55,671 nucleotides of DNA from contig JACRGB010000021.1 of NCBI GenBank assembly GCA_016212505.1, forward strand, positions 1 to 55,671. Direction: 5' to 3'. Below, one piece after another: positions 45,864 to 54,387 of this stretch; positions within the stretch are counted from its first letter, which is position 1, and every line of letters starts with the position of its first letter. This stretch comes from Candidatus Micrarchaeota archaeon. Its GTDB lineage: Archaea; Micrarchaeota; Micrarchaeia; Anstonellales; Bilamarchaeaceae. The position numbers and the translations under genes were made by a program. The notes below the pieces were generated by a model, which saw only the letters and a list, made by a program, of their open reading frames with translations, did no database searches and was not told the origin of the DNA.

Positions 45864-46640
45864 ATGGCTTATGTAGATCATAATGGATACGAACTTTTCT
45901 ATGAAATACAAGGCCAAGGCAATAGTTCTATTATTTTTATTCATGGCTTATGTGGCGACCACCGAGTTTGGTCGAAGACTGTTTCGGAATTTAGGAACAA
46001 GTATCGAGTTGTTGTCCTTGATCTGTTTGGACATGGGAATTCTTCAAGTAAGATCTCTCCAAAAGCTGCTTTTGATGCTATGCCGGGCGTGATAGAAAAA
46101 CTTATTGAAAAGGAAAACCTTCAGAGTGTTGTATTAGTTGGTCATAGTATTGTAGGAAACATTCTTTCCAGCTGTATTGAAGCAAAATTAAATGTGCGCG
46201 GCTATGTTTTTGTTGACTGCACTTTCAATGCAAGTGAGAGGGTCGTCAATTCCAGAAACAAATTGGCAGATTCACTTCTTGCTAATCCTCCAGATAAACT
46301 CAATTCGGCTATTATTGCTTGGTATAAAACCATGATGGACATGAATTCAAATGCCAAGGACAATGAGTTGATTCTTTCTTCATTCAAAAAATTAAACGGA
46401 AACTGGGCACTTAACTTCCTTAAATCTACAAATATTATCAGGCAAGTGCCAAAAACGAGTCTTCCAATGCTTATCTTCGAATCAACTTGGCTTACCAAAG
46501 ACGAACCCGAGCGATCTTTCCATAAAGTCCTGCCTCAAGCTGATTTTTCCTTATGGCAAGTAACAAATCATTTTTTCTGGGTTTACGATGCACCAAAATT
46601 CAACAAAATCCTCAAAGAATTTTTGGATAAAATATCATGA
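45864..46640 (+). CDS. Alpha/beta hydrolase
   Basis: FIHG, DLFGHG, VGHS nucleophile elbow, C-terminal His (NHFF). Confidence 0.85.
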   Translation: MAYVDHNGYELFYEIQGQGNSSIIFIHGLCGDHRVWSKTVSEFRNKYRVVVLDLFGHGNSSSKISPKAAFDAMPGVIEKLIEKENLQSVVLVGHSIVGNILSSCIEAKLNVRGYVFVDCTFNASERVVNSRNKLADSLLANPPDKLNSAIIAWYKTMMDMNSNAKDNELILSSFKKLNGNWALNFLKSTNIIRQVPKTSLPMLIFESTWLTKDEPERSFHKVLPQADFSLWQVTNHFFWVYDAPKFNKILKEFLDKIS

Positions 46641-46660
46641 GCAGTCTTCCAAACTTAGCT

Positions 46661-46693
46661 ATGTGACTACAAAATCATTAGGTGTAGTCACAT
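46661..46693 (+). terminator. Stem-loop followed by a T-rich tract
   Basis: ATGTGACTACA-11 nt-TGTAGTCACAT then CTTTTTC, directly after the hydrolase gene. Confidence 0.5.
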
Positions 46694-46863
46694 CTTTTTC
46701 TTAATCTTTTTTCTTAAGTTTTTATATTCCTTAAGTATTTTTGGCACGCCCATAGCATATACCTTACAAACTATCTTTGCAGCTTTGGTCTTAAGATTAT
46801 TCTAACTTAAACCAAAGAATAAGATTTATAAGACCTATCTTACTAATAAGATATGGTGAAAAT

Positions 46864-47109
46864 ATGTCTGAAGTGCTTGAAATGGGTAAAGTAAGTGCCA
46901 GAGGGCAAATAGCAATACCTGTACAGATAAGAAAAGAAATGGGTTTGGAAGAAGGTTCCAAAGTTATTTTCTTCCTGGAAGAGGATACGTTGCTAATAAA
47001 GCGGGTCAATTCCCAGACCTGGGCTCAGATTACTGCACCCCTGCGGTCTCAGAAAAAGAAAATTAAAGAGGAAGACGTAAACGATTTGATACACCGGATG
47101 AGAAAATGA
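46864..47109 (+). CDS. AbrB/MazE-family antitoxin
   Basis: KVSARGQIAIPVQIRKEMGLEEG. Confidence 0.9.
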   Translation: MSEVLEMGKVSARGQIAIPVQIRKEMGLEEGSKVIFFLEEDTLLIKRVNSQTWAQITAPLRSQKKKIKEEDVNDLIHRMRK

Positions 47110-47522
47110 AGGTTGTGCTGGATACCAACGTTCTTATTTCAGGAACGTTTTGGAGTGGCGAAGCGTTTTCAATCCTCCAGTTTCTAGAGCAGAAAAAATT
47201 CCAGTGCTTCTTATCCCAAGAAATCCTGAATGAATATAACAAAGTGCTGCGAAGCGATGAAATTATTGAAAAAGTTGAAGAAAAGCATTTAGCAATAAAA
47301 TCTTCAGCAATTAAAGCAATAGAACTGGTGCAAATAGTAACTCCGAAAAGGAAAATAGCTGCCGTCAAAGACGATCCTGATGATAATAAGATCATAGAAT
47401 GCGCAGTTGAAGCAAAAGTTGATTTTATTGTAACTTATGATTCACATCATTTGCTTAAATTAAAAGAATTCGAAGGAATAAAGATAATTTCGCCAAGCGA
47501 GTTTTTGAAAATGCTCAAATAA
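47106..47522 (+). CDS. PIN-domain (VapC-like) toxin
   Basis: VVLDTNVLIS, DDPDDNKIIECA, IVTYD; ATGA overlap with the antitoxin. Confidence 0.92.
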   Translation: MKVVLDTNVLISGTFWSGEAFSILQFLEQKKFQCFLSQEILNEYNKVLRSDEIIEKVEEKHLAIKSSAIKAIELVQIVTPKRKIAAVKDDPDDNKIIECAVEAKVDFIVTYDSHHLLKLKEFEGIKIISPSEFLKMLK

Positions 47523-47597
47523 AAATTTTTCGCCCCGGGGATTGCATGAACTTGCGCTCATGGCTCCCCTTGGCTCCGCTCAACTGCGGTTTCGCTA

Positions 47598-47838
47598 CGC
47601 CCCGGGGAGGATTCGAACTTCCGGCCTGCTGATCTCCACCTTTTAGGAAAAGGTGGAGCCAAAACTGGCCCTCTATTTTTCCTAAAAAGCCCATAAACTA
47701 AATAATTTGTTTTTGGGTCAACCTTTTTTTACAAAAAGGCTGATAACAGTCAGCCGCTCTACCGATTTCCCGTCGTTTTGCGTTTTTGCGAGCTCGTTGC
47801 GAGCAAAAATTAGCAAAACAAAACTGAGCTACCGAGGC
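47598..47838 (-). tRNA. tRNA-Asn(GTT) with a D-loop intron (about 55 nt) and a 110-nt 37/38 intron
   Basis: GCCTCGG TA GCTCAG..[intron]..GGTAGAGC G GCTGA CT GTT A [47743-47634] A TCAGC AGGCC GGAAG TTCGAAT CCTCC CCGGGGC G; G73 discriminator. Confidence 0.88.
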
Positions 47839-47983
47839 ATAATTTACTAAATAAAGATGCGAAAGTAATAAAAAGCCGTGGACTCTGTCCATTGAGAAAC
47901 CCACAACCTTGTTGCGTTGCAACAATGTGCCCCATAAATCCACCGGATTTATAGGGAAACCGGAAACCCGAAACTGAAAAACC

Positions 47984-48112
47984 CTATGCTTCCCCGCACT
48001 GACTCCACCCACAGGATGGGCATTCGATACAACCTTCACGATGGGCTAACTTTGAATGACAAACCGGGCACAAATTCTGCTCTATCCAGGTATTTTGGTC
48101 ATCGTTTTTCAT
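47984..48112 (-). CDS. 42-aa Zn-ribbon protein
   Basis: MKNDDQNTWIEQNLCPVCHSKLAHREGCIECPSCGWSQCGEA; ATGA overlap with the upstream gene. Confidence 0.75.
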   Translation of the reverse strand: MKNDDQNTWIEQNLCPVCHSKLAHREGCIECPSCGWSQCGEA

Positions 48113-48486
48113 TTGAAACCCAATGCACTTTTGATTCCTCTTACCAATCCTTCGGATTTTGCTTTTAATCCTCCAAATGCAGCAAAGAAATTATCCTTTC
48201 CATGCATTTGCTTCAAAAGGCCTTCTGCCGCCTTGACTATTTCTTTGTCGCTACTTAGGAATGGTGATTTTGCCTGATAGGTTGTCTCAAGAAAAGAAAT
48301 CATGCCTCTTCGTGTGTATGGAGTACCTTCCGGGCTTATTACTTTTCTCCATTTTTCTACAAACTCCCTAGCCTCTGGAGTTTTTATGAATGCCTCAGCA
48401 TTCGCGGCTTTCATACTAGTAGGCTTTTCTAATATCTCTGGCTCTTTGTCCTCTTTGAATTGTGCTTTGAGTTGTGCTATAAACAT
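48109..48486 (-). CDS. Hypothetical protein
   Basis: 125-aa ORF with TTTATAAA about 22 nt upstream. Confidence 0.65.
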   Translation of the reverse strand: MFIAQLKAQFKEDKEPEILEKPTSMKAANAEAFIKTPEAREFVEKWRKVISPEGTPYTRRGMISFLETTYQAKSPFLSSDKEIVKAAEGLLKQMHGKDNFFAAFGGLKAKSEGLVRGIKSALGFK

Positions 48487-48546
48487 GAATTACTCGCTCA
48501 TAGAACGTTTATAAATTTACCTTTGGCCTGCTCTCTCAAAAATAAC

Positions 48547-49080
48547 CTATAATCCAAGCGCATCAATTATTTTACCGGTTTTGAACTTCTTATCATCCAT
48601 TTGTTTAGTTAGCTGGACTATTTCCACTCCATCCGGCCTCAGGAACGGTTTCTGGTCATAGCCGTAAACTATGACATCCGGCTTAACAAATTCAACCATT
48701 TTCTTTGGATCATCAAATCCAGAAATTGCAAGATCAACCGGCTTTAGTGCTTCAGTCATCATTTTCCGATATTCCTGCGGATGAATTGGTTCGCGGCCTT
48801 TTTTCCTTATATGCTCGTCATTTGCAATTGCAACAACCAATAGGTCGCCATGTTTTTTTGCTTCAGTCAAAGTTATGAGATGGCCGATGTGAAGTACATC
48901 ATAAACTCCACCAGTAAGGACGACTTTTATTTTCTTTCTTTCCTCATCACTGACAAAAAACCGGCCGCTTTTTTCAATTAGCAGGGCTTTTTCCTTTTCT
49001 GATAGAAAATGATATGCCTCATCAGATATGCCTCTCTGCTGAAACTGCATTAGAACTAGTTTTTTTATCGAGTCTTTCAT
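48547..49080 (-). CDS. Cytidylyltransferase-family nucleotidyltransferase (archaeal FAD synthase-like)
   Basis: GGVYDVLHIGH, LKPVD, KPDVIVYGYDQ. Confidence 0.8.
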   Translation of the reverse strand: MKDSIKKLVLMQFQQRGISDEAYHFLSEKEKALLIEKSGRFFVSDEERKKIKVVLTGGVYDVLHIGHLITLTEAKKHGDLLVVAIANDEHIRKKGREPIHPQEYRKMMTEALKPVDLAISGFDDPKKMVEFVKPDVIVYGYDQKPFLRPDGVEIVQLTKQMDDKKFKTGKIIDALGL

Positions 49081-49143
49081 AAAAAAGCACTAATACAACT
49101 GTTATTTGAATTATTATAAACATTCTTCTTTATTCTACTATGT

Positions 49144-50682
49144 ATGAAATTCGCTTTATTTTCCATTTTGCTTTTGTTAGTTCTTTTTGGCTGCCTTGGC
49201 CAAGACCTATCCGCTGCCCAGAATCTAACCAACCAATCCAACCAGTCAGTAAATTCTTCTTTTAACTCTTTATGCTCTGGCGCTAGCGAATTCGATCCAT
49301 ATGCCAAGGGTCAGACTAATTTCAATGGAACGATCTACATTGATTCATGTGATTCAAATAATACTGTCCGAAAATATTTTTGTAAGGGCCCGGAGCTGGT
49401 CAATATTTCTTCAGCGTGCTATAGCGGATATTTTTGCAATGACGGTGCCTGCATAAAACTCAACGAACATAAACCTCTTGCAGAAGGGTGTATCGAAACC
49501 GGTGCTCCCAAAGACCCTTATTCTATTCATGGTGTTATTTATCAGGGATCTGATTATTCTGATCTTTGCCAGGGCGCATCCGACCTTTTACGTTATCACT
49601 GTCAAAACGGAAAATTAACCGATTCCCTTTATCATTGCACCCCCGGCGACCGTTGCCAAGACGGCCGCTGTGCCCATGGTTCGAGGTACTGCGAAGAATC
49701 GGGCAGCGCCGCGACCCTTTATGATGGCGGTGCGGCCATTGTGAAAAACCAGAACTACTGCCTAAACTCCTCAACACAACTGAAATATGGCTGCGCTAAT
49801 GGCTCAATAGTAAACGCGTCTGTTCAGTGCGACCAGAACAGTTATTGTTATGGAGATTCGTGCATTCAGACCTGCCAACCTTTGGGCCATTCCAATGGCC
49901 CGGGAGTTTTCTTCAAAGGCACTCCCTTTGTCAACTACTGCCAGGATAATTCCACACTCGTTAATTACACCTGCCTAAATGGGAATATTAAATTAAACAA
50001 GAAAGACTGCTCAGGTTATTGTCTTGGCAACCTTTGCCTTGACCAATCCCAATTGTCCTGCGCTTGGACTCCGGATGGTGGTGCATATTTATCTTATACT
50101 GAAAATGTTGTTTCTCAATTCAATAATAGCTGCCTAGATTATCACACTGCAAAAATATACCGATGCGATGGGTCTTCTGCTGTTTTAACCTATTCTGTTT
50201 GCCCCCTATACAATGTGTGCAGTGATGGTCAATGCATCCCAATAACCCATTCATCTTGTTACCCTAGCGACAGTCGGTCTACGCTGGATCCCCATCAAGC
50301 TTCCTCAATTTTCTTAACCGATGGTAGTTCAGTTACCAGTACCCGAAAAGATTCGTGTTACACAGATACTGCTGTTACAAAATATTCCTGTGACGGTTCG
50401 TATCCTAAGGTAAATTATGTTTACTGTGGCTCTGATGAGCGGTGCATTAACGGTGCTTGCGCATATGCCTATGGATGCCAGGAGACTCAGAGAACTTCAA
50501 CTTCGCCAGGAAAAGCCAGTCTATACGATCGGGGCAATCTTGTTCGGCAAGAGCAGGATATCTGTTTGAGTAATTCTACCTTAAGGCAAGTATCTTGTGA
50601 TTCAACAAATCATGTTGCCTATTCAAATCTTCCCTGCCAGAATGGTTTAAGTTGTGATGGCAATAGGGGAATATGCAAATAA
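49144..50682 (+). CDS. Cys-rich repeat surface protein
   Basis: VLFGC leader; repeated units of the form D-x-C..L..Y-x-C..C..C..G-x-C; many N-x-S/T sequons. Confidence 0.8.
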   Translation: MKFALFSILLLLVLFGCLGQDLSAAQNLTNQSNQSVNSSFNSLCSGASEFDPYAKGQTNFNGTIYIDSCDSNNTVRKYFCKGPELVNISSACYSGYFCNDGACIKLNEHKPLAEGCIETGAPKDPYSIHGVIYQGSDYSDLCQGASDLLRYHCQNGKLTDSLYHCTPGDRCQDGRCAHGSRYCEESGSAATLYDGGAAIVKNQNYCLNSSTQLKYGCANGSIVNASVQCDQNSYCYGDSCIQTCQPLGHSNGPGVFFKGTPFVNYCQDNSTLVNYTCLNGNIKLNKKDCSGYCLGNLCLDQSQLSCAWTPDGGAYLSYTENVVSQFNNSCLDYHTAKIYRCDGSSAVLTYSVCPLYNVCSDGQCIPITHSSCYPSDSRSTLDPHQASSIFLTDGSSVTSTRKDSCYTDTAVTKYSCDGSYPKVNYVYCGSDERCINGACAYAYGCQETQRTSTSPGKASLYDRGNLVRQEQDICLSNSTLRQVSCDSTNHVAYSNLPCQNGLSCDGNRGICK

Positions 50683-50735
50683 TTTCACTGTAAAAATTCA
50701 CTATAAAATATGAAATTACGCTCAGGTGTAATACT

Positions 50736-51227
50736 ATGATAGTACCTAAACAGCATTTGGAAAAGGGAAATTTTGTGGATTTAATACATTCTTCCCAGCT
50801 ACAGCCTTGTGGCGTGGACATGACCCTTAAGGAGGCGTATACGTTCAGCTCAGCTGGTAAAATTGACTTCGATAATAAGGAAAGGAAGATTAGTGAAGTT
50901 GCACCGATCCCATTTGCAGCCGCGAGTGATGATGTAGCCCTTGCACCCGGAGCATACAAGGTAATGTTTAACGAATACGTCCGGATTCCAAAAGACTCGG
51001 CCGCGATCTGCTTGCCGCGCTCCTCACTATTACGGTGTGGTGTAACATTAGAATGCGCACTTTGGGATCCAGGTTATGAAGGAAGAAGCGAAGCTCTTTT
51101 GGTTGTGCGAAATGATCATGGTATAGTTTTAAAGAAAAATGCGAAAATCGGCCAGATGGTTTTCATCAAATTAGCCGAAGCTACTAATTCGCTTTATTCG
51201 GGCGTTTATAAGGGTGAGAATAAGTAA
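50736..51227 (+). CDS. dUTPase/dCTP deaminase family
   Basis: QPCGVD, PRSSLLRCG, WDPGYEGR, IGQMVF. Confidence 0.9.
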   Translation: MIVPKQHLEKGNFVDLIHSSQLQPCGVDMTLKEAYTFSSAGKIDFDNKERKISEVAPIPFAAASDDVALAPGAYKVMFNEYVRIPKDSAAICLPRSSLLRCGVTLECALWDPGYEGRSEALLVVRNDHGIVLKKNAKIGQMVFIKLAEATNSLYSGVYKGENK

Positions 51228-52040
51228 ATGGCTGGCCCTCTAGAGCATGTTCGCGGAACCGTACTAATTACTGGCGCGAGCAGCGGTATTGGTTTTGAAC
51301 TAGCAAAATTATTTGCCAAAGACGGCTACTGCCTTGTCCTGGTAGCAAGAAAAAAAGACGCGCTTGAAAATTCAGCAAAAGAATTACGTTCACGTTCCTC
51401 ATCTCCTGACATTTCCATTACTACGATCCCAAAAGATCTTTCGATTCCAGATTCCGCTCAAGAAATTTTTGATGAACTCACAAAACAAAAAATAAAAATC
51501 GATATTTTGGTAAACAACGCAGGTTTTGGAAATTACGGGTTCTTTTACGAAACCAACTGGATAACTGAACAAAAAATGATCCAGCTCAATATCGCGTCAC
51601 TGACCGAGCTAACAAAATTGTCCGTTAAGCAGATGGTTGAGCGTAAATATGGGAAAATCCTGAATGTTGCTTCCACTGCCGCGTTCCAACCCGGGCCTTT
51701 AATGGCAGTCTATTATGCAACCAAGGCATATGTTTTGCATTTTTCCGAAGCTTTGGCAAATGAACTAAAAGGAACTGGTGTAACTGTCACTACCCTTTGT
51801 CCTGGTCCAACTGTTTCATCATTCCAGAAAACTGCGGAAATGGAAAAATCCCGAATTGCAAATCAACCTTCTGCCCTTGATAATCCAGAACATGTTGCCA
51901 AGGTTGGCTATGATGCACTCATGAAGGGGAAAACCGTAGTAATCCCCGGATTCAAAAACAATTTGTTCGCATTTTTGGTTAGGTTAACTCCAAGGGATAT
52001 TGTTACCTCGATCGTCAGGCAAGTTGATGAGCGAATTTAG
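51228..52040 (+). CDS. Short-chain dehydrogenase/reductase
   Basis: TGASSGIG, NNAGFG, YYATK. Confidence 0.93.
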   Translation: MAGPLEHVRGTVLITGASSGIGFELAKLFAKDGYCLVLVARKKDALENSAKELRSRSSSPDISITTIPKDLSIPDSAQEIFDELTKQKIKIDILVNNAGFGNYGFFYETNWITEQKMIQLNIASLTELTKLSVKQMVERKYGKILNVASTAAFQPGPLMAVYYATKAYVLHFSEALANELKGTGVTVTTLCPGPTVSSFQKTAEMEKSRIANQPSALDNPEHVAKVGYDALMKGKTVVIPGFKNNLFAFLVRLTPRDIVTSIVRQVDERI

Positions 52041-52059
52041 ACTCTAAATGTATTGGTGC

Positions 52060-52494
52060 TTAAACGTCCAATATTACTAATGCAGTCCATCCACTTTTTG
52101 TTTTTTCAACCTTGAAGAGATGCCAGCTTACTGCCTTAACATCTACAAGAAGCTCGTGCTTTTTCATATCTAACTTTTCGCCTTTACATTTGGCAGCAAG
52201 CGAGTATGTTCCACCTTTTGCTTTTTCAATTTTCAAATTATAAGAAACATAGAGCATGAGTTTTGCATCTTTTAGGAAAATTAGTTCCTGAAGGAAGTTG
52301 GCCAGTAACCGCTCAACATCCTCCCCTTTTATTTTAAATTTTGATTCTTTTTTCGGCTCTATTTTCTTCAAATCCTGTACCTGGGTTGCCATTAATGCAT
52401 TGGCAGCTGATTCAAACGTCTCTTCAAGAGTTTTACCTTTAGCTTCAAATGCAACATCGGCCATAGTCAGCCCTTCTATGAATTTGAATCCCAT
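52060..52494 (-). CDS. Archease
   Basis: TMADV..EAKGKTLEE, GEK, VKAVSWH, ILDV. Confidence 0.92.
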   Translation of the reverse strand: MGFKFIEGLTMADVAFEAKGKTLEETFESAANALMATQVQDLKKIEPKKESKFKIKGEDVERLLANFLQELIFLKDAKLMLYVSYNLKIEKAKGGTYSLAAKCKGEKLDMKKHELLVDVKAVSWHLFKVEKTKSGWTALVILDV

Positions 52495-52529
52495 AATTTC
52501 ATTCCTTAATTTAGCAAGTCCGTTTTTTG

Positions 52530-52555
52530 TGCACTTTTTTTCCTAAAAAAGTGCA
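52530..52555. repeat. REP-like hairpin
   Basis: TGCACTTTTTT-TCCT-AAAAAAGTGCA. Confidence 0.7.
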
Positions 52556-52556
52556 A

Positions 52557-52623
52557 CCAGTCCCCGCCGCTTCTCATACGCTTGGCAAAATTTATTCCGT
52601 TCATCGAAGCATTGGTTCATCCT
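52557..52623 (-). ncRNA. Possible degenerate box C/D sRNA
   Basis: AGGATGA, 12 nt, ATGA ... ATGAGAA, 10 nt, CTGG; box spacing fits but all boxes deviate from consensus. Confidence 0.3.
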
Positions 52624-52671
52624 TGATATTAACTTGATAAAGAAGGATTAAATGTTTTGGTTATTTGCCTG

Positions 52672-53412
52672 CTAGTCCCCTTTTCCTTCCAACAGTGCCT
52701 GTGCAGTTTCTGCTCCAAATGAAGCGGCTATTCTGGCCACTGCTTCTTCTACTGTAAATTTTAATTTCCCTTCCTGAACAAGTTGCAAAATAACTGTAGG
52801 ATCATCAATTTGTCTAAGCAACTTCCGTTCTAAATTCCGATGATTGACTTTTCCACTTTCCAAAAGTTCCACTGCTTTTTCAGGAAACTTATACTTTACA
52901 AGAAGTTCTTTCCAATACCCTATATCGCTGATTTGATATTGCGCCCAGTTATCCTCTATCGTCCCATCCAAAATCCTATCGTAGAGATATTCTAGCTGTT
53001 GCCGCAGGCCCTGGGCGATCAGAGCTTCTTTTTCTTCCCGCAATTTCTTCAAACGAAATGCAATTTTAAGTAAATATGCGGTTCCCAATATTATGATCGG
53101 TATTCCTATGATTCCCATTGAACCAATTATGGCTGCTGCACCTAAAATCGTAGCTAGCCCAGACAAGACAAAAGGAATTGTTTTGCTAGCTGCTCCTCCT
53201 TCAAGTACCTCATCAGCAAGCAAAATATCCCGTCCAGTACTTTTTACAATACCTACTTGCATTTCACTGGAGATTTTTCTACCTTCAGATATAGTTATGC
53301 TCCCTTCAGGCCTCCTAACTATTACCCTTTCTCCTTCATCAGCAAGAATTTTTCCCTTGAATCCTGGAAGTACTGTTAGCTTATCTCCATCTCCATTCTT
53401 TTTTTGTCTCAT
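52672..53412 (-). CDS. Hypothetical membrane protein (TM hairpin)
   Basis: Central hydrophobic segment; GAGGTG RBS. Confidence 0.7.
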   Translation of the reverse strand: MRQKKNGDGDKLTVLPGFKGKILADEGERVIVRRPEGSITISEGRKISSEMQVGIVKSTGRDILLADEVLEGGAASKTIPFVLSGLATILGAAAIIGSMGIIGIPIIILGTAYLLKIAFRLKKLREEKEALIAQGLRQQLEYLYDRILDGTIEDNWAQYQISDIGYWKELLVKYKFPEKAVELLESGKVNHRNLERKLLRQIDDPTVILQLVQEGKLKFTVEEAVARIAASFGAETAQALLEGKGD

Positions 53413-53490
53413 TCATCCACCTCATCCATTTCTTTCTATGGATGATTCTGGAGGTTTGTGTATATTTTAATTTACCCTCACATGTGAGGT

Positions 53491-54153
53491 TTATTTTACC
53501 TGATTCATCAGATTAGGCATTAACTTTTCCTCAGCCCTCTTGAGGTGCTCCCTATAAGTCGGAACAGAAACCTGCATTGCTTTTGAAAGCTGCTTAAAAT
53601 TAGTTTTTTTAGGCCAGGCATAATAACCAAACTCAAAAGCAAGAGTTATCGCCTGCCTTTGCTGAGGAGTTAATTTTGGCAAAAACCTTGAGAAATATAT
53701 GTCACTTAGTTTTGTTTGTTTTATGCTCTCCACGACTATTTTTTCCGCAATTTTATTCAAGTCCGCTAAGAAATTCGTAATTATGCCTTTGTCCCATGTT
53801 GCAATTTCCCAATGCTCCACTCCGCTCGTGTCAATGTTTATCGGTTTTGTAAATATAAGACGAGGCGCAAGTCCAGACCAAATGCTTACTGGTATTGCTT
53901 TTGAGGTAACTTCTATCAAAAATACTGTATTGCCTTCCTGCTCAAGGTTCTTTATTCTTTTATCTTTTTCTAAGGCTTTGACGAATTTGTTAATGTTCTC
54001 TTCTGGTCCCCAAAGAGTATGCACCTCCGGGGAATATGTGACTCCTTTTTCAACAAAAACATTAAATGGCTGGGAGATGGTCGCAACTTTGAATTCCCTG
54101 CATTTATTTCCGATAATGCAATCATGAAGAATCGTTATTCGTGCAACCCACAT
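53491..54153 (-). CDS. Bat/HTH_10-family transcriptional regulator
   Basis: LTPQQRQAITLAFEFGYYAWPKK...TYREHLKRAEEKL. Confidence 0.9.
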   Translation of the reverse strand: MWVARITILHDCIIGNKCREFKVATISQPFNVFVEKGVTYSPEVHTLWGPEENINKFVKALEKDKRIKNLEQEGNTVFLIEVTSKAIPVSIWSGLAPRLIFTKPINIDTSGVEHWEIATWDKGIITNFLADLNKIAEKIVVESIKQTKLSDIYFSRFLPKLTPQQRQAITLAFEFGYYAWPKKTNFKQLSKAMQVSVPTYREHLKRAEEKLMPNLMNQVK

Positions 54154-54387
54154 ATATGAGGTTTCTATCTGGAAGATTTAAATTCTGTGACATTGCTTTA
54201 TAAGCATGCATCCAACATCATCTTCTCCAACTTAACAAAAATAAAGAGGTGCTTTAGCATGAATAAAAAACAAAAAAGGTGGTTGGAAATCCAGTAATGA
54301 CGTTTCAGATAGCTTAGCGGCGCTATTTTCTGTATTTTATCCACAAAAATATACATTTAAAAACTCTAATTATCACATTTATGTCAT

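Noticed and set aside
46690-46800. Lys-rich minus-strand ORF fragment
   Set aside because: Only about 21 codons from the ATG, no RBS, and explained by the T-rich terminator sequence.
45864-47541. Integrated provirus or island at tRNA-Asn
   Set aside because: No integrase or viral genes; the duplicated tRNA end is only 67 bp from the original and no distal copy was seen.
47698-48039. 113-aa minus-strand ORF
   Set aside because: Runs through the tRNA gene and overlaps the better-supported Zn-ribbon ORF in another frame.
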